The notes under the pieces were generated by a model, which worked only from the letters and a program-made list of their open reading frames with translations, ran no database searches and was not told the DNA's origin. From positions 32,001-96,000 of the forward strand of contig CAVPOC010000010.1 in assembly GCA_963706955.1 (NCBI GenBank): DNA of 64,000 nt. The letters run 5' to 3'. Origin of the DNA: an uncultured Verrucomicrobiae bacterium. Lineage in GTDB: Bacteria; Verrucomicrobiota; Verrucomicrobiia; Chthoniobacterales; Terrimicrobiaceae. Within the stretch, counting starts at the first letter, position 1; each line of letters begins with the position of its first letter. This document shows, piece after piece, positions 48,691-57,299 of this stretch. The translations under genes were made by a program, and so were the position numbers.

Positions 48691-48907
48691 CTGTAGCGGC
48701 GATGTCCTCATCGCCGAAATTCGCCCAACGTCGCGACACCTCTACGGCCGCTTAAGTAATCATGTGCCGGCGATCACCGATTCGGAAAATTTATAGAGGC
48801 GCTTGTGCCAAGCGCCTGTGGATTTCGCTGGGCGCCTGACACAAGCGCCCCTACAACGCGGCGATCGCTTCAGCGCCTGCCGGGCGCGGCATCGCCGCTA
48901 CAAATTT
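48691..48907. repeat. Nested REP element: family A outer pair enclosing a family B doublet (48791-48856)
   Basis: gtagcggcgatgtcctcatcgccg ... [tagaggcgcttgtgccaagcgcc...gacacaagcgcccctacaa] ... cggcatcgccgctac; between convergent genes. Confidence 0.82.
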
Positions 48908-48915
48908 CGACGAAC

Positions 48916-50181
48916 TCAGGGAGCTGCGATGCTCACCGGCGGCATGTTCGGGCGAGTCTTGCTGGCTGGAAACGCCGAGTTGCGAATAATGAGCTCGGGG
49001 GAGACCATGCGCCGTTGGCCCTTCTCGAAGAGCTCACCATCCATGCGCTGCTTCAACAGGAACATCAATTCGGTGCCGATCGCGAGATTTTTCTTGTCAA
49101 CCGTGGCGACTGGACCCAGCGGCTCCCACTGCCGTGTCTCCATGTCATCCCACATATTGTCGTATCCCACCAGGAGGACATCCCGATTGGGTTGCTTGCC
49201 GTGGACCCGCAAGGCGGCGCAAAGGTGTCCGATAATGGCGTCGCTGGGCGCCATGATGGCATCGATGGCATTGGGCCCATGCAGGTGTTCGACCAGGTAG
49301 CCGGCCATGAGACGAGACTGAAGCTTGAAGTCCTCCTCGGTGTTATCAAAATTGTGGTAGCCGGGGTCGAACACCTCGACTGGCGGTAGCGGTTCGAGGC
49401 CTGCCTCGCGCATGGCTCTCTCGTAGCCGGCGTTTCGCTGGGCTAGCCACGGCTGGACCTCGGAGGGACCGCTCACGGCAAGCTGCCAAAAGCGCAGGAT
49501 GCGTTTGCGTCCCTGGCTGATCAGCCACTTGGTCAGGGCGTGGGCGCCGGCCTCATGGTCGGAGGTAACCGCGTCGATCTCTGAAGCGAAGTGGGGGTTA
49601 TCGCGAGCGAGTCCCATGTCGCCATAGATGACAAAGGGGATGTTGCCCTCGCGAAGGGCCCGACCGATATGCTCGCCCGATTTGTCCTGGACGACACCGC
49701 ACAAGACAATGGCTCCGCCCGGCCGCTCCATGATCAAGCGCTGGAGCATATCTCCCGCAATCCGCTTGGGATGCACCGTCAGAGCATCATGGCCCGCCAT
49801 GCGAACGGCATGAACCGCACCCGCAAGGATGAAATTGATGTGCCAGGTGTTGTGCATCTTCTCGGAAAATTCATGCTGAGCGGGCGGCTCCATAATCAAC
49901 GCAATCGCGTCAGATAAGAACGTCTTCTGCGCCTTGACCGTCCCATTGACGATGCGACGCCGGCTCTCACAATGGATCATTCCCTGTCTCTCCAAATCCT
50001 CCAACGCCAGGCGCACGGTTGTCCGCGACACGTTGAGCTTGGAAGCCAACCGCATCTCGGAAGGGAGGCGAGAGCCCGCGGCCAGACGACCGTCTGTGAT
50101 CCATTCCTGAATATGGCGAATGGCTCTCGCGCGAGGACTGTTGTTGATGATCCCTAGGGTATCGGACTTTTCCAAAGCCAT
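48916..50181 (-). CDS. GntR-HTH / LacI-type effector domain transcriptional regulator (AraR-like architecture)
   Basis: GSRLPSEMRLASKLNVSRTTVRLAL; SDHEAGA..LT.WLI.QGRKRI, DAIMAPSD, LVGYDN, PELIIRNS. Confidence 0.85.
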   Translation of the reverse strand: MALEKSDTLGIINNSPRARAIRHIQEWITDGRLAAGSRLPSEMRLASKLNVSRTTVRLALEDLERQGMIHCESRRRIVNGTVKAQKTFLSDAIALIMEPPAQHEFSEKMHNTWHINFILAGAVHAVRMAGHDALTVHPKRIAGDMLQRLIMERPGGAIVLCGVVQDKSGEHIGRALREGNIPFVIYGDMGLARDNPHFASEIDAVTSDHEAGAHALTKWLISQGRKRILRFWQLAVSGPSEVQPWLAQRNAGYERAMREAGLEPLPPVEVFDPGYHNFDNTEEDFKLQSRLMAGYLVEHLHGPNAIDAIMAPSDAIIGHLCAALRVHGKQPNRDVLLVGYDNMWDDMETRQWEPLGPVATVDKKNLAIGTELMFLLKQRMDGELFEKGQRRMVSPELIIRNSAFPASKTRPNMPPVSIAAP

Positions 50182-50583
50182 AACTATAAGAAAAAATTAA
50201 ACTGCGATCGACCTGTCGTGCCGGAGAGGGCAAGGGAGAACGTGTTGTTTTTGGACCATAATTGGGGGGATAAATCGTTTCTGTTCACGAAATGGCCGCT
50301 TCTCCAGTTGGCACCGAAATTCCTCCAGATCGACAGAAAACTCGCACCCTCTGCAAATAGCGCACATCCAACAAGGCAGGGATAGCTTACAAGCACACAG
50401 AGAGGCAAACACTTTTTAAGGGGCGCTTATGGCTAATATAGCATAGAACCGGAATGCGTTGGTTGGGAACCGAACATCGCCGCACTTCCCGAGCTACAGC
50501 TGAGGACTGCGGAAATGCCGCCCCCACAAATGCTTTTTTTGTTTGACAGGTATGCAAATTGTTTCCTGAACTGGTGACGCAAT

Positions 50584-52257
50584 ATGTCAACTCCCTCGGT
50601 CTTGGAAGTTTCGGAAGATCCCACTGCACGTAACGCGCCCTTACGCGCCACCCGGCGATCGATTCGCCCGGCCTTGCCGGGGGAGCGAATTCAATTTTCT
50701 GCCCAGCGTGAAGCGATTCCTCTACAGCATTTCTGGAGCTTCTGTTCGACGGCGGGACGGGCCAACGAGGGATTGCGGGAAGGTTGGCGTGAACATCTGC
50801 GCCTGACTGTAAAGCATTGCGGAACTCGCCGGCTGCGATTTCACGGACTTTTCCACGACGACATGTTTGCGTGCCGGCGTAATGGAAACGGCGAGCTGGT
50901 CTTCAATTTTCAGTATATCGATGACCTCTTCGATGCTCTGCTAGCCGCGAACGTTCGCCCGTTCGTGGAATTTGGTTTTTTCCCGAAGGACTTGGCGCCG
51001 GCGTCGGACATCCGCTGCTTTTGGTGGCAGGCGCACGTGACGCCGCCGGACGACTTGCGCGAGTGGAGCCACTTGGTGGAGAGTGCGGTTCGGCACTTCA
51101 TCCAACGCTATGGACGCGATGAGGTCCGCAGTTGGTACTTTGAAGTTTGGAACGAGCCAAATCTCTGGTTTTTCTTCAATGCCACCAAGAGCAAGTATTT
51201 CGAGCTTTATCGCGCGACGGCGCTGGCGGTGAAAGGGGTCGATCGCGAACTGAAGGTGGGAGGTCCCGCCACTAGCAACTTCGTTCCCGATGATCGCTTT
51301 GATGGGGAGCAACAGGAGGGTCACAAGGCCATAACCCACCAACTGGAGGACCTTGGGACGGTCAAATGGCGAGGAGTCTGGATCGAAGAGTTTCTTGAGT
51401 ATTGTGCCAAAGAAGGCCTACCGGTCGACTTCGTCTCCACACATCCTTATCCGACGGATATTCCCTTCGGACACGACATCACCGGAATGCGCACGCGTCC
51501 CTCCGACGCGACCTTGAGCGACATGAAGTGGCTGCGCACGGCGATCGACCACAGCGCGTTTCCGTCTGCCGAGATTCATTTGACTGAGTGGAGCACAAGT
51601 CCCTCGGCTCGCGATTTTACGCACGATTACCCGCAGTCCGCCGCTTACATCCTCACGACCAATATCGCCGCGGCGGGCTTGGTTGATTCTCTGGCCTACT
51701 GGACGTTTACCGATGTTTTTGAAGAGCACGGCGCAGGCGATGCTGCCTTTCATGGGGGCTTCGGGCTCATCAACTACCAAGGGATCGTCAAGCCCGCCTT
51801 TCACGCTTACCGCTTCCTTAACCAGCTCGGGACAGAAGAGATTTTTCGGAGTGATGGATTTCTCGCCACGCGTTCGAAACACGCGGGCCATGTCCGCGCG
51901 GTCATCTGCCATTATCCTGACCAATACCCAGGCAGCCCGCCGTTTGCGTTGTCGCTGGAAGAGGCCGAGAAGATCCTTGCCATTGGCGAGCCGACTACCC
52001 GCAGCATTCTGATCCATGATCTTCCGCCACAAACTCCTTATCTCGTCGAGACAGTCGATGCGGAGCATGGCTTCGCGGTGCGGGCATGGCAGGCAATGGG
52101 TCAACCGCAGTCGCCCTCACCGGATCAACTCACTCTGCTTCGCGATCTCGGCTGGGATACCCGTCGCGAAATCATCCGGGTCGACGATGAGGGCCTGTTG
52201 CGCCTCGATTTAAAACTTTTGCCCTGGGCAATTGCGCTCGTTCGCGAGATCGCGTAA
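50584..52257 (+). CDS. Glycoside hydrolase family 39 (beta-xylosidase-like), no clear signal peptide
   Basis: GRANEGLR, RFHGLFHDDM, FEVWNEPNL (acid/base), VSTHPYP, HLTEWS (nucleophile), YWTFTDVFEE, FHGGFGL. Confidence 0.9.
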   Translation: MSTPSVLEVSEDPTARNAPLRATRRSIRPALPGERIQFSAQREAIPLQHFWSFCSTAGRANEGLREGWREHLRLTVKHCGTRRLRFHGLFHDDMFACRRNGNGELVFNFQYIDDLFDALLAANVRPFVEFGFFPKDLAPASDIRCFWWQAHVTPPDDLREWSHLVESAVRHFIQRYGRDEVRSWYFEVWNEPNLWFFFNATKSKYFELYRATALAVKGVDRELKVGGPATSNFVPDDRFDGEQQEGHKAITHQLEDLGTVKWRGVWIEEFLEYCAKEGLPVDFVSTHPYPTDIPFGHDITGMRTRPSDATLSDMKWLRTAIDHSAFPSAEIHLTEWSTSPSARDFTHDYPQSAAYILTTNIAAAGLVDSLAYWTFTDVFEEHGAGDAAFHGGFGLINYQGIVKPAFHAYRFLNQLGTEEIFRSDGFLATRSKHAGHVRAVICHYPDQYPGSPPFALSLEEAEKILAIGEPTTRSILIHDLPPQTPYLVETVDAEHGFAVRAWQAMGQPQSPSPDQLTLLRDLGWDTRREIIRVDDEGLLRLDLKLLPWAIALVREIA

Positions 52258-52352
52258 AGACCCCTCTTGAAGATTTCGGAACAGCGCAGGACGGCGGCAG
52301 AATGCCGCGTTTTACTAGTTGGCAATCGGGCACGCATCGATAAAGGGGAGCA

Positions 52353-55300
52353 ATGAGGTTGCTAGGATCCCGCTGCGGGCCTCTCGTCTCCTCGATCGCG
52401 TGGCGGTTCAGTTTGCGTTCGGCGCGCCTGGCATTTTGCACATTGCTGACCATCGTTACCGGAGGAAGAGCGTGGAGCGTGGCCCCTCTGCTTTCGCAGC
52501 TTCGCGTCGAGCAAAAAATCGAAAACGACAATAACCTCCATCGGGCGCAGCCGGACCTGAACATTTCCTTCGCCTTGGCGGAGCCATCCGAGGTCACGAT
52601 GACGATCGCGCGTCATCTGGCCGGCTACGACGAGTATAAATGGCCGTATTTGGCGCAGCCATTTCCGGTGCGGACTCTCCGACTGGGCAAATTGCCGGCC
52701 GGCAACCACTCGGTCACTTGGGATGGACTCGATGAAAAAGGCGAGCCGATCGTCGAGGTGCAGAATGTCACGCCTGCGGAACTTGAACGGCTGAAGCTTA
52801 CCACAGCCACACCGGAAGAACTGACAAGAACACTCCCCGTTAATCTCCTGCAGGTGGCCGTTGAAGCAGGCAAGGAGCGTCTCTTCGTCAACTTTGAACG
52901 GGCGGCCGATACGTTGCGCCCGAATCGCAGCGTCCGGCCGTTTACGATGGCTGTCTTGGATCGGCAGGGAAACTATTTGGTTGCCGATTTTCAAGGAGGG
53001 AGCGTTCTGCGCTACTCGCCGGAATGGGTCCTCCTGGATCGGTGGCCCAGAGACCACAGCCGGGGCCAGGGCTACGAGCCAATGGAATGTCAGGAGGCGG
53101 GAATCGATAGCAAAGGCAACGTCTTCGCCATGACCGGCAACGGAGTTTACCGCTATGGAGCCAACGATGGCGGAGAGCCATCTCCATGGCCCGAACAATC
53201 CGAATACACCAAGTCTCAAAATTTCGGCCATGTGCTCGGATTCAAAACCGACAATCCCGAGTTGGCCAAAAAGCCTGGTTTCGCGGAGCGGTTCTCCGGG
53301 TTCGCGATTGACAATCAGGACAACATCTATCTGGGGCGACCGAGTCCAGAGCCGTGTATTCAAGTCTTTAACAACGCGGGCAAGTTTCTGCGCACCCTCC
53401 AGCTTCCGGAAGGCCGCCGGCCAGCGAAGATTCGTTGGCTCGGGAATGGAACCCTCGCGGTCGCAGCCATTGGTTCCAATCCCGAGGGAGTGGTTTTCTT
53501 AGTGGATGCCGAGAGCGGCCAGGTAAAAAAACGCATCGAAGAGAACAACCCCATCGTGCTTTGGTCGGGTCCGGATGGATCTTTCATTACGGGTCACGAC
53601 GGCACCATCGTGCGACGCTACACGAGGACCGGGGACCCTTTGCCATTTGGTCCTGACGTAACTAATGCGAAGGAAAATGAGATACGGTTTGCACCACACG
53701 AATTCGGGCTTCCCAAGAACGCTCCCGGATATCCGGCGAATGCCAAAGGATATGCAATGGCGGTTGACGGCAGTTTTTCCGTCTCCGAGGGCTCTGAATC
53801 CAATAGTGCCATAGAAAAGACCGACCTCCTCACCTTTTCGAAGGACGGGACCTACCAGCCCCAAACGATCCAAACGCGCCTTGGCCAGCGAGTGCCCGGA
53901 AACGTCTTTCTCGACAATGCTTCGGCGGTCTTCGACTTGTTCGTGACGAACTTCTCGGAACAGGCGCAACCACTGGCGGTTCGTTGGACGCTCACTGACT
54001 TCGACGGAAAGACAACCACTGGGGTCTCTCAATTGACAGCGACGCCACTGTCTCGGCAGACACTTCCGCTGGCGGTCAATGCGCCGATCCCCGGCCATTA
54101 CCGTCTTGCTGTAGAAGTCCGCCAGGGCGAGAAGCTGCTCGAGGGAATGAAGGCGCAGCTCGCGCGCATCCCCTCGCGGGAGACAAAGGCGAATCGCTAT
54201 TCTCCCTTCGCGATGTGCGCTGTCGGGGAGTTCGAAGTGATGAAGTTGGCCGGAGTCAAGAGCCAGCGCGCAGACTCCGCCTCTTGGGCTCGCCAACTCG
54301 AGCCTCTCAACGGCATTTTCTACCCTAATCGTCCTGAAGCGGTCCAGTTCGGACGGGGTGGGGCCGATAGCTTGCGGGCATTTGCCCGGCAAGAGGGCTT
54401 TCTCGTGCTCAATGGCCTGAACTATGGCGAAGGCTGGCTGGGAGGCGACTGGGTGGGGCGCCCAACGCACTTCGTCTACAGCTACGACCGCTTTTACGAA
54501 TATTGCCTGCGAATTCTCGACCTGTTCTCCGGAAAGGGAGAGGCCTTTTATCAATTCTGGAACGAACCCGATAACTTCTGGCGCCCGCGAGGGCGATTCG
54601 GTCTCGAGCACTTTGCCCTCGTGCAGAAGCACGTTTGGAGCATGGTTAAGGCTCGCGACAAGGACGCGTTGGCGGTAGCGGATGGCGATGCGGGCGGTCT
54701 GAAAACCATGGAGGAGTTCACCAAGATGGGCGTTTCGGATTGGAATGACAGCGTGCAAATGCACTACCCGGCCGCCACCGTCTATGCCTGGGATAACATG
54801 AAGTTTCCCGACCTGCCCGAGACCAAGGTGCCAGCGATCGCCAAACTGGTGCAGATCCGCAACAATTCGGCTCCGGGGAAGGAAGTGTGGAACACGGAAG
54901 ACACAGTTCCCGCAAATCCTAAAACCGCCGAAGTAGCGGCCGCCAACTTGCCGCGCATGTTCATCTCACAGATCGCCGCCGGCGTGGATAAGATTTACCT
55001 GTTCTTACAGACGGGCTCGAACAGCAGCCGCCATGACGTCACCAGTTGCCTGGACGAGAACGGCCACCCGTTCCCAACCTTCGTGAGTTACGCCACGACG
55101 TCTCACCTGATCGATGGCGCCGTTTATGCGGGACAGGCCGACCTTGGAGAGAACGCGCGCGGATACCTCTTCGCGCGCGGGCAGGACTTCGTCTTCGCTG
55201 CCAACACCATCTCCGGAACACGGGAAGTAAGCCTGGATGTGGGCGTTCCCAGTGTGACGATCGTCGACATCATGGGCCGTGCGCGAGAGGTGCCCGCGCC

Positions 55301-56168
55301 CGGAGGACGGCTCCGATTCGCCTTATCTTCTCAGGTTCAATACCTCTTGCTACCGCGCAATAATCCTGCGGCGTTGAAGATCGCCACCGCAGAACTTAGG
55401 AGCCGCCTGGGAGCTCTACAGATCACCGCCGCCGAATTGCAGGCCAGGATCTCGGAGGCAGCACGTGGAGCCGCCGCAGACCCGACCATGATGAATCGCC
55501 TGTATCATTTGGTCCGAGCCACCGAAGTTGCGGCCATCACCACGGCGACGCCTCAAGGCAAAGTGGACGTATCCCTTCTTGCCCAGGCTGCTCGCCAGGC
55601 GGTGCAGAAGCGCGAAGGAGCCGCGGGATACCTTCGAAACGCGCGCCTTGCCTTGGATTGGACAGAGCGGCTTGCCCAGCAAGCCGAGCGGGATCCGCGA
55701 TTAGCCAGGCCGGCGTGGATGGCCGCGCAAGCGACGCAGAGCCTCGCGGCCATCGAGCAGCCGATGTATCCTGGAGTAGTGGTAAACGCCTTCATCGGCG
55801 AGCCGGGAGAAATCCAGAAAATTCGCTCCATTGTTCCCGTGGCGAATGAGCCGGCCACTTCCATAGATGACAAATTCAGATTTGAGATCGAACGAAAGCC
55901 CGGCGAATCCTTCGAACTGGAACTGACCGTCAGCAATTATTACCGGCACAGGATCCAGGGCGTGTTGTCACCTCGTCTGCCCGAAGGTTGGAAAGTCGCG
56001 CAGGGACCGACCAACTACTCGCTCGAACCTGGGCGCTGGCAGCGCGTTCTCTTTACCATCCAAATCCCCGAGTCCGCCAAAGTCGAAGAGATCTACGACG
56101 TGGGCGGCCAAACTCTCTATCAAGGCAGCCCTGTAAAAGAAATCCATGCCTCTCGTGTGAAACTGTGA
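52353..56168 (+). CDS. Large secreted multidomain protein: FlgD-Ig-like, NHL/beta-propeller, clan GH-A-like TIM barrel, C-terminal NEW3-like domain
   Basis: AGNHSVTWDGLDEKGEP; AIDNQDNIY repeats; YQFWNEPDN, VQMHYP, EVWNTED, GVDKIYLF; LPEGWKV..LEPG at the C-terminus. Confidence 0.65.
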   Translation: MRLLGSRCGPLVSSIAWRFSLRSARLAFCTLLTIVTGGRAWSVAPLLSQLRVEQKIENDNNLHRAQPDLNISFALAEPSEVTMTIARHLAGYDEYKWPYLAQPFPVRTLRLGKLPAGNHSVTWDGLDEKGEPIVEVQNVTPAELERLKLTTATPEELTRTLPVNLLQVAVEAGKERLFVNFERAADTLRPNRSVRPFTMAVLDRQGNYLVADFQGGSVLRYSPEWVLLDRWPRDHSRGQGYEPMECQEAGIDSKGNVFAMTGNGVYRYGANDGGEPSPWPEQSEYTKSQNFGHVLGFKTDNPELAKKPGFAERFSGFAIDNQDNIYLGRPSPEPCIQVFNNAGKFLRTLQLPEGRRPAKIRWLGNGTLAVAAIGSNPEGVVFLVDAESGQVKKRIEENNPIVLWSGPDGSFITGHDGTIVRRYTRTGDPLPFGPDVTNAKENEIRFAPHEFGLPKNAPGYPANAKGYAMAVDGSFSVSEGSESNSAIEKTDLLTFSKDGTYQPQTIQTRLGQRVPGNVFLDNASAVFDLFVTNFSEQAQPLAVRWTLTDFDGKTTTGVSQLTATPLSRQTLPLAVNAPIPGHYRLAVEVRQGEKLLEGMKAQLARIPSRETKANRYSPFAMCAVGEFEVMKLAGVKSQRADSASWARQLEPLNGIFYPNRPEAVQFGRGGADSLRAFARQEGFLVLNGLNYGEGWLGGDWVGRPTHFVYSYDRFYEYCLRILDLFSGKGEAFYQFWNEPDNFWRPRGRFGLEHFALVQKHVWSMVKARDKDALAVADGDAGGLKTMEEFTKMGVSDWNDSVQMHYPAATVYAWDNMKFPDLPETKVPAIAKLVQIRNNSAPGKEVWNTEDTVPANPKTAEVAAANLPRMFISQIAAGVDKIYLFLQTGSNSSRHDVTSCLDENGHPFPTFVSYATTSHLIDGAVYAGQADLGENARGYLFARGQDFVFAANTISGTREVSLDVGVPSVTIVDIMGRAREVPAPGGRLRFALSSQVQYLLLPRNNPAALKIATAELRSRLGALQITAAELQARISEAARGAAADPTMMNRLYHLVRATEVAAITTATPQGKVDVSLLAQAARQAVQKREGAAGYLRNARLALDWTERLAQQAERDPRLARPAWMAAQATQSLAAIEQPMYPGVVVNAFIGEPGEIQKIRSIVPVANEPATSIDDKFRFEIERKPGESFELELTVSNYYRHRIQGVLSPRLPEGWKVAQGPTNYSLEPGRWQRVLFTIQIPESAKVEEIYDVGGQTLYQGSPVKEIHASRVKL

Positions 56169-56244
56169 CACTCCCGGCCTTCAATCCTCCTGAAAGGCGA
56201 CCAGCAACACACGAGGTGCAAACTCCAACGAGAAGGAAAAACCA

Positions 56245-57282
56245 ATGAAAGAAATACTCTCCGACGTCCTGCAACGTAATTCGTGGCTCGCTTTGCTCTG
56301 CGCTGTTTCGTGGCTCATCTCCGAAGGCCAAGCAGCGGAGGCAACGGATCAGGCCAGCCAGCCAGCGACAGAGACCCAGCCCCCCGGCGCGTCTCCTATC
56401 TTCAGCGTCATCTTTGACGATCCGAACCAGCTCTTTGCCTCCTTTTCCGAAGGAATCTCCGGAGCCGACATGCAGAACAATTCCGACCTACAAAGTAAAG
56501 AGGTCGCTACCGGGACCGGCGGAACTGCGAAAATGGAGGTCGGCGGCGGGGACAGGGACGAGGGAAGTGGCGAGCCGCCAAAGGCATTCGCTTGGTTGGC
56601 AAATCCGGACGAGGGCATCAAGTCGGCCCTTCAAGTCAACGGCAACAAGACGGTTTCGGGAACAAGTGGAGTCATCCGCATCAAGCCCGAGGCGGAGGGC
56701 AACTCGATGGCGGCAATCTCGCAGTTTAAGGACGGGAAGATAATTCTGAATGGTGGGATCGACATGTTCTTCCGCTACTCCGAAGAACCCGCGCCCCTTG
56801 AGCTGGTGCCTTTCATCTTTAGCTCACAAGGTCCGGGACTTCATTTCGCCATCCACGCGGCCGAGGGGAGCGTCATCGCCTTCCTGAACGATTCCGAGGG
56901 TCAACAAGTATTCGACACCGACCTTGATGGGACTGCCGATGCAGAGAGGGTTGATACTGCTAAAGTCAATTCAGCCGCGTTTGACCCCGAGAAATTCCAG
57001 CACCTCGCCATTTGGTTTCAAACGGCAGACGACGGGACCGTCACCATGAAAGTCTTTTTCAAGGTTGGAGCCGGTCCGATCAATACCGCCGAAGATGTCG
57101 ATTTGGTTTCGTCAACTTCCTTCCGCATCCTGACGGACCAATCTTCCAAACTCCTTCAACATGATTCCTTGGCCATTGCGGCGAACTCAAGGAGCACCCC
57201 CGAGGTCATCCATAACGACGTGGCGGCCTTCCGGCTGTTCGCGCCGGCGCCCGCGGTCTTTCCAGGCCTCACCGCCGAGTAA
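56245..57282 (+). CDS. Secreted acidic hypothetical protein (possible ConA/LamG-like beta sandwich)
   Basis: Signal peptide ending GQA; DTDLDGTAD Ca-loop-like motif; FQHLAIWF, AAFRLF. Confidence 0.55.
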   Translation: MKEILSDVLQRNSWLALLCAVSWLISEGQAAEATDQASQPATETQPPGASPIFSVIFDDPNQLFASFSEGISGADMQNNSDLQSKEVATGTGGTAKMEVGGGDRDEGSGEPPKAFAWLANPDEGIKSALQVNGNKTVSGTSGVIRIKPEAEGNSMAAISQFKDGKIILNGGIDMFFRYSEEPAPLELVPFIFSSQGPGLHFAIHAAEGSVIAFLNDSEGQQVFDTDLDGTADAERVDTAKVNSAAFDPEKFQHLAIWFQTADDGTVTMKVFFKVGAGPINTAEDVDLVSSTSFRILTDQSSKLLQHDSLAIAANSRSTPEVIHNDVAAFRLFAPAPAVFPGLTAE

Positions 57283-57299
57283 TAGCGCAGCCGAAATCG

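Noticed and set aside
50543..50575. TTGACA as a sigma70 promoter for GH39
   Set aside because: No convincing -10 box at the proper spacing; operator not identifiable by eye.
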